Shown: one piece after another, positions 55,301 through 64,000 of the stretch | Layout: the number at the start of each line of letters is the position of its first letter | Numbering within the stretch: position 1 is the stretch's first letter | Assembly (NCBI GenBank): GCA_001916065.1 | Contig: MNRS01000016.1 | Span: forward strand, 47-64,046 | Direction of reading: 5' to 3' | DNA from: Clostridium sp. 28_17 | Lineage (GTDB): Bacteria; Bacillota; Clostridia; TANB77; CAG-508 | Length of the DNA: 64,000 nucleotides | The notes under the pieces: model-generated | Told to the model about the DNA's origin: nothing | Databases searched by the model: none | Seen by the model: only the letters and a program-made list of their open reading frames with translations | Translations under genes and position numbers: made by a program

Positions 55301-57288
55301 GAGAAGAAAAAGCATATGAAGTAGTTGTAACAAACACAAATAAAATATCAGATATGTGTGAGCAAATAAGCCCAATATCACCAGAAAAATGTCCGCCACA
55401 TATTCCAGGATGCGAAGAAGATATCAAAAACATAGCTTACAAAAAAGCACATGAATTATATGGTGACCCATTACCCAAAATAGTACAAGACAGACTTGAT
55501 AAAGAGTTAGACTCAATTATAAGTAATGGATACTCAGTTATGTACATAATTGCACAAAAATTGGTATGGAAATCAAATGAAGATGGATATATAGTTGGTT
55601 CCAGAGGTTCAGTAGGTTCATCTTTAGCGGCATTTATGACAGGTATAACAGAAGTTAACTCACTACAACCACACTACCGTTGCCCAAACTGTAAGTATTC
55701 AGAATTTGAAGATTACGGAGTAGGAAATGGATTTGACTTACCAGATAAAGACTGTCCAAAATGTGGGCATAAACTAACAAAAGATGGAATGGACATACCA
55801 TTTGAAACATTCTTAGGATTTAATGGAGACAAAGAACCAGATATTGACTTAAACTTCTCAGGTGAATATCAAGCAAAAGCACACAAATATACAGAAGTAA
55901 TATTTGGTAAAGGTACAACATTTAAAGCTGGAACAGTTGGTACAGTAGCGGAAAAAACTGCATATGGATATGTTAAAGGATATTATGAAGATAGAGGCAT
56001 TCCTATGAATAGAGCAGAAATTCAAAGACTATCACAAGGATGTACAGGAATAAAAAGAACAACAGGTCAGCACCCTGGTGGAATTATAGTTGTACCAAAA
56101 GGAAGAGAAATATATGAATTTACACCAGTACAACACCCTGCGGATGACCCAAATTCAGACATAATAACGACACACTTTGATTATCACTCAATAGATGGAA
56201 ACTTGTTAAAACTAGATATACTAGGACACGACGATCCGACGGTAATTCGTATGTTACAAGATTTGACTGGAATAAAACCAACAGATGTACCACTGGATGA
56301 CAAAGAAACAATGTCAATATTTAACTCAACAGAAGCATTAGGTGTAACACCAGAGCAAATTCACTCACAAGTTGGAACATTTGGAATACCTGAATATGGA
56401 ACAAAATTTGCCAGAGGCATGCTTTTGGATACAAAACCAACAACATTTGATGAATTAATACGTTTATCAGGTTTATCACATGGTACAGACGTATGGCTAG
56501 GAAATGCCCAAACATTAATTGAACAAGGGGTAGTAACACTTCAAGAAGCAATATGTTGTCGTGACGATATTATGATTTACCTAATCAAAAAAGGATTACC
56601 ACCAGACAAATCATTCAAAATAATGGAAGCAGTACGTAAAGGAAAGGTTGCAAAAGGAAAAGAACCAAAATGGAAAGACGAATACATACCGTTAATGAAA
56701 GAACATGATGTACCAGACTGGTATATCAAGTCATGTGAAAAAATAAAATACATGTTCCCAAAAGCCCATGCAGCAGCATATGTTACAAATGCCTTTAGAA
56801 TTGCATGGTTCAAAGTACACATACCACTAGCATATTATGCGGCATATTTTTCAATAAGAGCGAAAGCATTTGACGCAAGTTGTATGATATTTGGAAAAGA
56901 AAAAGTTAAAAACAAAATGAAAGAAATAGAAATGAAAAACCAAAAGAAAGAAGCAACAAAAGCTGAATTAGACATGTATGACGACTTAGAAATAGTATTA
57001 GAAATGTATGAAAGAGGATTTGAATTTTTACCAGTAGATTTATACGAATCTGAAGCAACAAAATTCAAAGTACAAGACAACAAATTAAGACCACCTTTAA
57101 ATAGTATACCAGGTTTTGGTGGTGTTGCTGCACAAGGTATTGTAGAGGCTAGAAAAGATGGTAAATTCATGTCAATAGATGACCTAAAAATAAGAGCAAA
57201 AATAGGTGCTTCAGGAGCAGATTTGCTTAAAGAATTTGGTTGCTTAGAAGGTATGAGCCAAAGTAATCAGTTGAGTCTGTTTGGATAA
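52390..57288 (+). CDS. polC: DNA polymerase III PolC-type, with a low-complexity insert and a duplicated OB-fold region (about 1632 aa)
   Basis: The PHP motif (VELHMHTKMSQMD), the DEDDh exonuclease (YCVLDLETTG ... HNANFDVGFL ... HRALDD), the zinc module (CPNCKYSEF ... CPKCGH) and the polymerase core. The start is probably ATG 52390 (MSENKAKK). Confidence 0.95.
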   Translation: MSENKAKKVKEIFSDYETKANIKEAYVKALNVIKSTTTLGITLEIDEYIEVKDIWYFEKFLIERFHFSNIDMTIHYQKDTQLKSVKEEWKNIICYMAHKYPLMKPMLLMKSDVEINDNIINVKMHIRGADFLRAKKTDKELENVIKKLYGKEYKIELEEILPQEAEIQHEKKIKEMEENAIKQTVAFIPENGENSENGQHTANTQNFPNSASNGTNSVHNQNNSQNEVPEYNDPDYMPPQDGDYIPMEEMGTMPEDMELDNAVIEEQKYIMGKPSKAKEKLIKIKDITANDGRVALEGRVLTVECRETKSGKGMLIIDLYDGTGTMTCKSFAKDIKEGNEIKAQIEQAKGIKVIGKAGLDTYVGDVTVIANTIIEIENNIPDLPKEDEEEDTPLILGKTMNITAPLAKVSELGPEDGAVSLDGEIIFMEDRELKSGKTLLSFDLYDGTSTLTCKAFLEKGKAKKIIKRMGSVKGIKIEGNAQMDSFSGELTVMANTIVESTGVKKEVRQDNAEVKRVELHMHTKMSQMDAVTSATDLIKRAMKWGMKSIAITDHGVAQAFPEAYHLVGDDNPDIKIIYGVEAYLAPDNTKSIYNGKGQDIDATYCVLDLETTGFSATNDRITEIGIMKVKNKEVIDEFSCFVNPERHIPERVTEVTNISDDMVKDAETIEKVFPKMLEFLGDQNETVIVAHNANFDVGFLKQNAKRLGYDFDYSYLDTLSLAKDLFPEYKKYKLGKIAENLGIKVEVAHRALDDVDTTVKVFNVMIDMLKEKGAKKLEDIDQVAADPVAKAEEYKKLKTYHAIILAKNYVGLRNLYRLISLSHVNYFYRKPRILKSLYKKYSEGLILGSACEAGELYQAIEQGRPDEEIEAIANDYDYLEIQPTGNNQFLIRNGIVRDVEDLRDINRKIVALGEKLNKLVVATCDVHFMDPQDEIYRRILEAGQKYEDADNQAPLYLRTTEEMLEEFSYLGEEKAYEVVVTNTNKISDMCEQISPISPEKCPPHIPGCEEDIKNIAYKKAHELYGDPLPKIVQDRLDKELDSIISNGYSVMYIIAQKLVWKSNEDGYIVGSRGSVGSSLAAFMTGITEVNSLQPHYRCPNCKYSEFEDYGVGNGFDLPDKDCPKCGHKLTKDGMDIPFETFLGFNGDKEPDIDLNFSGEYQAKAHKYTEVIFGKGTTFKAGTVGTVAEKTAYGYVKGYYEDRGIPMNRAEIQRLSQGCTGIKRTTGQHPGGIIVVPKGREIYEFTPVQHPADDPNSDIITTHFDYHSIDGNLLKLDILGHDDPTVIRMLQDLTGIKPTDVPLDDKETMSIFNSTEALGVTPEQIHSQVGTFGIPEYGTKFARGMLLDTKPTTFDELIRLSGLSHGTDVWLGNAQTLIEQGVVTLQEAICCRDDIMIYLIKKGLPPDKSFKIMEAVRKGKVAKGKEPKWKDEYIPLMKEHDVPDWYIKSCEKIKYMFPKAHAAAYVTNAFRIAWFKVHIPLAYYAAYFSIRAKAFDASCMIFGKEKVKNKMKEIEMKNQKKEATKAELDMYDDLEIVLEMYERGFEFLPVDLYESEATKFKVQDNKLRPPLNSIPGFGGVAAQGIVEARKDGKFMSIDDLKIRAKIGASGADLLKEFGCLEGMSQSNQLSLFG

Positions 57289-57395
57289 GATAGATTGAGA
57301 GGGATTGAGGGACGTTCCTTAAAATTTCCTTTTAAATGGAAATAGGGACACTTCTTGAAAAGGGACAACAATTAAAGGAATGGAGTGAAATCAAA

Positions 57396-57689
57396 ATGCA
57401 AGATTTACAAAATGTATTCACAACTAAAAACATAATAATCTACTTTATACTAATAAATATAATAGGATTTCTAATAATGTATATAGACAAGCAAAAAGCC
57501 AAAAAAGGAAAATGGAGAATACCAGAAAAAACTCTATTTATAATAACTGCACTAGGTGGAGGTATTGGAACAATTGCTGGAATGTATACATTTAGGCACA
57601 AAACACAAAAAGTTGCATTTGTTGTTGGATTTCCAGTTATAACAATTTTAGAAATAATATGTATAATATATTTTAAATTTATGAGTTAA
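57396..57689 (+). CDS. DUF1294-family membrane protein
   Basis: IDKQKAKKGKWRIPEKTLFIITALGGGIGTIAGMYTFRHKT matches the DUF1294 signature. An alternative start at 57336 is possible. Confidence 0.8.
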   Translation: MQDLQNVFTTKNIIIYFILINIIGFLIMYIDKQKAKKGKWRIPEKTLFIITALGGGIGTIAGMYTFRHKTQKVAFVVGFPVITILEIICIIYFKFMS

Positions 57690-57793
57690 AAGTATAATGC
57701 ATAATATATTCTAAAATTGTAAGTTATAAGTATTATGTATCATACATTATGAATTTGTAGATTTGAAAAGATTATGTATATTAAAAAATAACA

Positions 57794-57838
57794 AAAACTA
57801 TAAAATTGGCGATATATAGCCGTTTTATAGTTTTTTTA
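57794..57838 (+). terminator. Rho-independent terminator
   Basis: AAAACTATAAAA pairs with TTTTATAGTTTT, with an inner GGC/GCC hairpin, then TTTTT. Confidence 0.7.
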
Positions 57839-57907
57839 TAATTTGCATAAAATTTAATAAGAGTACACATAAAATAAAATTATAAAATGTAAATAATTGG
57901 AAAACAA

Positions 57908-58003
57908 AGTTATGCACAATGGTATGTGCATAACTATCAAAAATAAAGGTACATTTTTGAGTTATTCACAGAGTTATCCACAGTTTCCACAGGGTGTGGA
58001 TAA
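57908..58003. promoter_or_regulatory. DnaA-box cluster with six boxes, two of them perfect TTATCCACA
   Basis: The boxes are TTATGCACA (57909), TGTGCATAA (57925), TTATTCACA (57962), TTATCCACA (57974), GTTTCCACA (57983) and TGTGGATAA (57995). Confidence 0.75.
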
Positions 58004-58162
58004 AAAATAAATAAAATAATGTAAACAAAACAGATAACATAATACAAGAAAGATAACATAATTGCAAAATAATACAAAAATATACAACAAAATGTCTTAT
58101 TAATAATATTATAATAGTAAGAAGATAAAATTATTCAATATAGATATTTTGGGGGATTAAAA

Positions 58163-58507
58163 ATGCTTAGAAAAATAAAATATATGATAGAAAAAAATTT
58201 TGAATTAAAAAGAAGTTTTGATAACAAAAAAGATATTAGAAAAGATGAAATAAGTCAATACATTAAACAAGGTGCAGTATTAATTGATGTGCGTAGTCCA
58301 CAGGAATACAGAGAAGGACATCTTGATGGTGCAATATCAATACCTGATTATCAAATAAGAAGAGTTGTTGCAAGGCAAATAGCTACTAAAGAACAATTGA
58401 TAGTTGTTTATTGTTCAACGGGACATAGGAGCCAAGAAGCACAAAGAATTTTAGAAAATATGGGATATACAAATGTGTATAATGTGTATGAGGGTATAAT
58501 AATATGA
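58163..58507 (+). CDS. Rhodanese-like domain protein
   Basis: LIDVRSPQEYREGHLDGAISIP and the active-site loop YCSTGHRS. Confidence 0.88.
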   Translation: MLRKIKYMIEKNFELKRSFDNKKDIRKDEISQYIKQGAVLIDVRSPQEYREGHLDGAISIPDYQIRRVVARQIATKEQLIVVYCSTGHRSQEAQRILENMGYTNVYNVYEGIII

Positions 58508-58509
58508 AA

Positions 58510-58541
58510 ACCCCTATAATGCGCATTGCACATTATGGGGT
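58510..58541. terminator. Bidirectional hairpin between convergent genes
   Basis: CCCCTATAATG pairs with CATTATGGGG (one bulge) across a 9-nt loop. Confidence 0.6.
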
Positions 58542-58546
58542 AAGCA

Positions 58547-58829
58547 TTAATTATTTTTTTTGTAACTACAAATCGAAGCAAATGTATATGTATTGATTTT
58601 TGCTTCGTCAGAGAAAAAATTTGGTGCTAAATCGTCAATCCTAAAAATATTATTAGAATTAGTGTATATTGGTAATAATTCTGTATCTATAAAACCAATA
58701 AAATCACCATCTTTGAGTATAACAGAAAAAGATGCTAAGGTATCTTCTGTTGTCGTTATTTTAACACCGTCCGTAATTCTACTGTTTTATCATTTCCTCA
58801 TCATTTTGTAAATTTTTTTCTTCATTCAT
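58547..58829 (-). CDS. Small hypothetical protein on the minus strand (about 94 aa), not in the ORF track because of a 1-nt frame disruption
   Basis: On the minus strand, AAGGAGG plus 8 nt precedes ATG 58829, which encodes MNEEKNLQNDEEMIKQ*. The +1 frame continues NSRITDGVKITTTEDTLASFSVILKDGDFIGFIDTELLPIYTN... to TAA at 58547. Removing one T from the run 58785-58788 joins the two. Confidence 0.5.
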
Positions 58830-59029
58830 TTGAATGTCCTCCTTTTATACAGTAGTATTTACTAATAATAAAATAATACCAAAATTTACATAAAATGCCA
58901 ACAAACTAATTTTCTATATAATCTATTGTGATTTTATTAAACTTATGTTAAAATATGAACAAAAGTTAATAAAGAACGGAACTTAGTAATTCAAAATATT
59001 TAATAAACAGAAAAACATAGGGAGGAAAA

Positions 59030-60841
59030 ATGAATAAAAGACAAGAACATATAAGGAACTTCAGTATAATAGCACACATAGACCATGGAAAATCAACACT
59101 AGCAGACAGAATGATAGAAATGACAGGAGTACTTTCAAAAAGAGAAATGGAAAGTCAAGTGCTAGACAACATGGAAATAGAAAAAGAAAGAGGAATCACA
59201 ATAAAATCACAAGCAGTAAGAATGATATACAAAGCAAAAAATGGTGAAGAATACGAATTCAATTTGATAGACACACCTGGCCATGTAGACTTCAACTACG
59301 AAGTATCAAGAAGTTTGGCAGCATGTGATGGGGCAATACTTGTAGTAGACTCAAGCCAAGGAGTTGAAGCACAAACTTTAGCAAACGTGTATCTAGCAAT
59401 TGACAACAATCTAGAGATATTGCCAGTTATAAATAAAATAGATTTACCAAACGCAAGACCAGACGAAGTAAAACAAGAGATTGAAGATATAATAGGAATA
59501 CCGGCAGAAGATGCACCATGTATATCAGCAAAATCGGGATTAAATGTAGAAGAAGTTTTAGAAAGAATTGTAACAGACTTGCCTTCACCAAAAGGTGATG
59601 AAAATGCAAAAACAACTTGTTTAATATTTGACTCATACTACGACAATTACAAAGGAGCAGTAGCATATGTAAGAGTAATGGATGGAAAAGTAAAAGCAGG
59701 AGACGAAATAAGACTAATGGCAACAAATAAAGTATACACAGTTGCAGAAGTTGGATATTTTGTACCTGGATCATATATGCCTGCAAATGAAATAAAAGCA
59801 GGAGAAGTTGGATATATTGCAGCAAGTATAAAAAGTTTATCAGACATACATGTAGGTGATACAGTAACTTTAAATGATAATCCAGCGGACAAGCCATTAA
59901 AAGGATACAAAAAAGTAACACCAATGGTATATTGTGGACTTTACCCAATAGATGGAAGTGAATACGAAAACTTAAAAGTAGCTCTAGAAAAGCTTCAATT
60001 AAATGATGCCGCACTAGAATATGAACCAGAAACATCAGCTGCACTTGGCTTTGGATTTAGATGTGGATTTTTAGGACTACTTCACCTAGAAATAATTGAA
60101 GAAAGATTAGACAGGGAATTTGACTTAGGATTAATCACAACTGCTCCATCAGTTATATATAAAGTACACAAAACAACAGGAGAAGTTGAAGAAATATATA
60201 ATCCAACAGAATTACCAACACCACAAGAAATATCATATATAGAAGAACCATTTGTAACTGCAAATATACTAACACCAAAAGAATATGTAGGAAACATCAT
60301 GGAAATATGTCAAAATAGACGTGGAATTTATATAGATATGAAATACCTTGACGAAAACAGGGTAACATTAGTATATGAAATGCCATTAAATGAAATAATA
60401 TACGACTTTTTTGACAATCTAAAATCAAAGACAAAAGGATATGCATCATTTGACTATGAATTCAAAGAATACAGAAGGTCAAATCTAGTAAAACTAGACA
60501 TACATATAAATGGTGAACCAGTTGATGCACTTTCATTTATAGTACACAAAGATAGTGCATATACAAGAGGAAAGAAAATGGTAGAAAAATTAAAAACAGT
60601 AATACCAAGAAAATTATTTACAATACCAATTCAAGCAGTAATCGGAGGACAAATTATAGCTAGAGAAACAATATCTGCAATGAGAAAAGACGTACTTGCA
60701 AAATGTTATGGTGGAGATGTTACTAGAAAAAAGAAACTTCTTGAAAAACAAAAAAGAGGTAAAAAGAAAATGCGTGAGATTGGTAATGTTGAAGTACCAC
60801 AAGAGGCATTTTTATCAGTACTTAAATTAGATGATGAATAA
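59030..60841 (+). CDS. lepA: Translation elongation factor 4 (LepA)
   Basis: [33 protein letters not shown] and the LepA C-terminal domain. Confidence 0.97.
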   Translation: MNKRQEHIRNFSIIAHIDHGKSTLADRMIEMTGVLSKREMESQVLDNMEIEKERGITIKSQAVRMIYKAKNGEEYEFNLIDTPGHVDFNYEVSRSLAACDGAILVVDSSQGVEAQTLANVYLAIDNNLEILPVINKIDLPNARPDEVKQEIEDIIGIPAEDAPCISAKSGLNVEEVLERIVTDLPSPKGDENAKTTCLIFDSYYDNYKGAVAYVRVMDGKVKAGDEIRLMATNKVYTVAEVGYFVPGSYMPANEIKAGEVGYIAASIKSLSDIHVGDTVTLNDNPADKPLKGYKKVTPMVYCGLYPIDGSEYENLKVALEKLQLNDAALEYEPETSAALGFGFRCGFLGLLHLEIIEERLDREFDLGLITTAPSVIYKVHKTTGEVEEIYNPTELPTPQEISYIEEPFVTANILTPKEYVGNIMEICQNRRGIYIDMKYLDENRVTLVYEMPLNEIIYDFFDNLKSKTKGYASFDYEFKEYRRSNLVKLDIHINGEPVDALSFIVHKDSAYTRGKKMVEKLKTVIPRKLFTIPIQAVIGGQIIARETISAMRKDVLAKCYGGDVTRKKKLLEKQKRGKKKMREIGNVEVPQEAFLSVLKLDDE

Positions 60842-60894
60842 TAATTATTAAGTTCATATATTAAAAATAATGTAAAAAGTAAAAGAGGTAGAAA

Positions 60895-61716
60895 ATGAAA
60901 AATAATTATAATCAAAAAAATAATAAAAAAATTCAAAAAGAAAATTATGAAAAAAAAGAAGAAAAAAATTATGATGACCAAGTAGAAGGAAGAAATTCAG
61001 TATTAGAACTATTAGAAAGTGGAAAAGATATTAACAAAATATTTATAGCAAAAGGAGAAAGACATGGCTCAATCAACAAAATAATAGCAATAGCAAAAGA
61101 AAAAGGAATAATAATAGTAGAAAAAGACAAAAGACAAATGGACGAAATGGCGCAAAATCAAAATTATCAAGGTGTCATTGCAATAGTACCACCATTTGAA
61201 TATTGTGAAATTGAAGACATCATAGATTACGCAAAAGAAAAAAATGAAGACCCATTTGTACTAATTTTAGACGGAATAGAAGACCCACACAATTTGGGTT
61301 CAATAATAAGAACAGCAGAAACTGCCGGAGTTCATGGAGTTATAATACCTAAAAGAAGAGCAGCAGCAGTAAATAGTACAGTAAATAAAACATCAGCTGG
61401 AGCAGTAGAACATATGCATATTGCTAGAGTTACAAATATATCAGATGCAATTCAAAAATTAAAAGATGCCGGTCTATGGATATGTGGAACAGACATAAAT
61501 ACAGAAAAATATTATTATGATCAAGATTTAACAGGACCATTGGGCATTGTTATAGGAAATGAAGGAAGTGGAATGAGTGACAAAGTAAGAAAAAATTGTG
61601 ACTTTTTAGTAAAAATTCCAATGAAAGGAAAAGTAACATCATTAAATGCCTCAGTATCAACAGGTATAGTAATATATGAAGCAGTTGAACAAAAATTAAG
61701 AAAAAGTATTGATTAA
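60895..61716 (+). CDS. rlmB: 23S rRNA (guanosine-2'-O)-methyltransferase RlmB-like (SpoU/TrmH family) with a Lys/Asn-rich N-terminal extension
   Basis: EGRNSVLELLESG, LDGIEDPHNLGSIIRTA, IVIGNEGSGM and SLNASVSTGI. Confidence 0.85.
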   Translation: MKNNYNQKNNKKIQKENYEKKEEKNYDDQVEGRNSVLELLESGKDINKIFIAKGERHGSINKIIAIAKEKGIIIVEKDKRQMDEMAQNQNYQGVIAIVPPFEYCEIEDIIDYAKEKNEDPFVLILDGIEDPHNLGSIIRTAETAGVHGVIIPKRRAAAVNSTVNKTSAGAVEHMHIARVTNISDAIQKLKDAGLWICGTDINTEKYYYDQDLTGPLGIVIGNEGSGMSDKVRKNCDFLVKIPMKGKVTSLNASVSTGIVIYEAVEQKLRKSID

Positions 61717-61774
61717 AAAAATAAAAAAATATATAATTGAAATGTACTTAAGAATAAAATAGGAGGTAAAAAAT

Positions 61775-63634
61775 ATGATGGCAAGAAAGAAAAGAATAGC
61801 AATATTATCAGCATCAATTGCTTTAACTGTCTTAATAATAATAGGAATTTTAATAGTTTTATATCTAAAAACAGATGCTTTTAAAACTAAAGAGACTTTA
61901 TTTGCAAAATATATGTTACAAAACTTTGATGTTTTAGAAATACTAAAAGAAGATGATAATACAGAAATAGAAAATATGCTATCAGAAAATAAATATACTA
62001 CTAATTTAGAAGGGAAAATTGAGTACACTGAAAATAAAGGAACTAGTAGTGAAAGTAAAAATAGTGGTGTAAACAATGTGAAAATACAGGCAAAAGGAAA
62101 TGTGGATAAAACAAACAACTATAAATATTATGACATATCAGTTGTAAATAGTAATGAAAATAGTAATGAAAAGTTAGCTGGATTAGAATATTTACAACAA
62201 GATGATACATATGGAATAAGATTGAATGACATACAGCAATTTGTTACTACAAAGGGTGATGACAGTAAAACACAAATGCAATCTTTGGATGAGTTGATAC
62301 AAAAAATAGATGTAAAATCTATATTAGAGTTTACAGATGAAGAAAAGCAAACTCTTGCAAATACTTATGTTGGAATAATACAAAACAATATATCTAAAGA
62401 TAAATATCATAAACAATCAAATTCTTTAATAACAGTAAATGAAAAAGATGTACAAACAAATGCATATTATGTTAGTGTTACATTAGAAGAATTTAATAAC
62501 TTGTATATAAAAATGTTGGAACAATTATCAAAGGATGAAATTATTTTATCAAAAATAGATAAAATAGAATCAAAAATAAAAGAAAATAACTCTGATTATT
62601 CTGGAAATTTAAAAGATGATTTTACTCAAAAAATAAATGATAAAATTAAAAATATCGAAGATAATAATATCGGAAATGATGAGGTAAAAATAACAGTTTA
62701 TGAAAATAAAATGAAAACAGTAAGAACATCTATAGAAAAAGGAACTCAAAAAATAACTTTGGATTTTTATAATGGTTCATCTGCAAAATTAACAACATCA
62801 GAAGTAAAAGATGTTACAATAGAACAATTTATAAAAATAGAAAAACAAAATAATCAAACACAAAATAATACTGTTGTAGAATATAAAAGTACTCAAGATA
62901 ATGCAGTGAAATTAGATATTAATTTAAATATTGAACAAACAGTTCAAAGTGATGATATTGATAAAGAAATAAAATTTGAAATGTCAAATGATAAGACAGA
63001 TGCAATTGCAAAAATATCAAATAAAATAAATATTGTACAGGAATTTGATAATCAGGTTACTCTTGAAAAAGATGTTGTGGACATGGATAAACTGACTGAA
63101 GAACAGTCAAATGCAATAAATAATGTATTAAAAAACAATGCACAAAAACAAATTTCTAATATATTATCGGTGGCAAGTGTAAATGATTATGTTAAAATTT
63201 TACAAAATTTGGGTCTTGCAAGTAAGGATACGATAAAATTACCTAGTGAAGGCGAAATAACAGATACTGAAAGAAAGAGATTTAATTCGCAATTTGAATT
63301 TTTTGCAAGTGAAAATTTGACTGCAGATAATATTAAGGAATTACTTAATACAACTGAGGGTAATTTTGAGGATATGAAGGTTTTGTTAAAAACTGGTGAA
63401 GTTCAAGATTTAGATATTGACAAATTAAATTCTCAAAAAGATGGAGATGAATATAAAAAGAATATTTCAGAAATTGTTTTCTATATAAAAAGAAATTCTA
63501 ATAATGAAGAAAAGACAAAACTTGCTGAACAGTATTTGGAAAAAAATAAAAATGATAAGTATACTGTATCTATTCAATATGATAGTGATGGTTTGGTTAG
63601 GCTTATTAGAGCAAAGATTCAAGAAGATAAATAA
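61775..63634 (+). CDS. Large membrane-anchored hypothetical protein (619 aa, Lys/Asn/Glu-rich)
   Basis: RBS AGGAGG and an N-terminal TM segment (IAILSASIALTVLIIIGILIVLYL). I recognised no family. A hairpin and T-tract follow. Confidence 0.6.
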   Translation: MMARKKRIAILSASIALTVLIIIGILIVLYLKTDAFKTKETLFAKYMLQNFDVLEILKEDDNTEIENMLSENKYTTNLEGKIEYTENKGTSSESKNSGVNNVKIQAKGNVDKTNNYKYYDISVVNSNENSNEKLAGLEYLQQDDTYGIRLNDIQQFVTTKGDDSKTQMQSLDELIQKIDVKSILEFTDEEKQTLANTYVGIIQNNISKDKYHKQSNSLITVNEKDVQTNAYYVSVTLEEFNNLYIKMLEQLSKDEIILSKIDKIESKIKENNSDYSGNLKDDFTQKINDKIKNIEDNNIGNDEVKITVYENKMKTVRTSIEKGTQKITLDFYNGSSAKLTTSEVKDVTIEQFIKIEKQNNQTQNNTVVEYKSTQDNAVKLDINLNIEQTVQSDDIDKEIKFEMSNDKTDAIAKISNKINIVQEFDNQVTLEKDVVDMDKLTEEQSNAINNVLKNNAQKQISNILSVASVNDYVKILQNLGLASKDTIKLPSEGEITDTERKRFNSQFEFFASENLTADNIKELLNTTEGNFEDMKVLLKTGEVQDLDIDKLNSQKDGDEYKKNISEIVFYIKRNSNNEEKTKLAEQYLEKNKNDKYTVSIQYDSDGLVRLIRAKIQEDK

Positions 63635-63803
63635 TTTGTTTATATTATGGGGATTACGAAAGTAGTCTCTTTTTTTATCTTCTACAGAAAGTTTTATAAT
63701 AAAAATAAAATTTTTTTGAGCAAAATTTGTGACAAAAATATTGAAGAATAAAGGGTTTTACGAAGATGGAAAAAAATACCATAAAATTATTTTGGAAAAA
63801 GTA

Positions 63804-63832
63804 TTGACTTTAATAAAAAATGGTGGTAAACT
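63804..63832 (+). promoter_or_regulatory. Sigma-A promoter with an extended -10, the first of a tandem pair
   Basis: TTGACT, a 17-nt spacer (ending TGG), then TAAACT. Confidence 0.45.
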
Positions 63833-63951
63833 AATGCCTAGTTCACGAGGTTTGACAAGTGAATTAAACATAAAAACAATATGATTTTTTAATGCCAATT
63901 TTATTTGAAAAATTAATAAAAAAATTTTTTGAAAAAATTTTAAAAAAAGTG

Positions 63952-63980
63952 TTGACAAACAAAAAAACATATTGTATAAT
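63952..63980 (+). promoter_or_regulatory. Consensus sigma-A promoter at the window edge
   Basis: TTGACA, a 17-nt spacer, then TATAAT, preceded by an A/T-rich UP-like tract. Its target lies beyond the window. Confidence 0.6.
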
Positions 63981-64000
63981 ACAAATCGTTCACCGCGAGG

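Noticed and set aside
57908-58003. The DnaA-box cluster as the chromosomal origin (oriC)
   Set aside because: Genes on both sides are on the + strand, so there is no strand-bias switch. No dnaA or dnaN gene is nearby. I therefore keep it as a secondary DnaA-box cluster, though only whole-replicon GC skew could settle this.
58593-58811. A + strand 72-aa ORF listed in the ORF track
   Set aside because: It has no RBS and an implausible composition. It is antisense to a better-supported minus-strand gene (58547-58829) that has a strong RBS and terminator.

Overview
The window is very AT-rich and looks like a spore-forming Firmicute of the Clostridia type (gpr, a YtxC-like gene, and hrcA-grpE-dnaK-dnaJ with CIRCE-like operators). 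Most of it is core housekeeping on the + strand: rpsB-tsf, rnj, gltX, serS, the heat-shock operon, an alaS-like gene, recJ, relA, hisS, pyrH-frr-ispA-uppS-cdsA-rseP, polC, lepA and rlmB. I recognised no rRNA, tRNA, CRISPR array, integrase or transposase.

Accessory content, in rough order of interest:
1. A tightly packed six-gene operon (11345-16873) is my best candidate for an undescribed envelope or protein-modification system. It holds an orphan DltA/DltC-type adenylation and carrier pair, a cytoplasmic VanW-domain protein, a Wzy_C/O-antigen-ligase-like membrane protein, a bitopic membrane protein with nine tandem A-T-S-C-D repeats, and a TraX-family membrane protein. No DltB or DltD is present.
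2. Two adjacent pilin-like genes (27299-30076) share a 128-nt near-identical 5' cassette and carry divergent FGE-sulfatase/C-type-lectin-like heads.
3. A large repetitive surface-protein gene at the left edge is broken inside a repeat.
4. A family of GC-rich 29-nt palindromic intergenic elements (CGGGATT-N15-AATCCCG) occurs singly or as inverted pairs, with at least 10 copies.
5. Four 23-bp-phased direct repeats sit upstream of an orphan AAA/DUF4143-type ATPase.
6. A cluster of DnaA boxes lies away from any dnaA gene.
7. PolC carries a duplicated OB domain, and the AlaRS is short (585 aa).

Sequence-quality caveat: I see five frame disruptions, in rpsB, recJ, rseP, a small unlisted minus-strand gene and the surface protein. 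Two are in genes expected to be essential, so assembly or sequencing error is the most economical explanation. Every call here comes from reading motifs by eye in the translations. No database search or computation was run.
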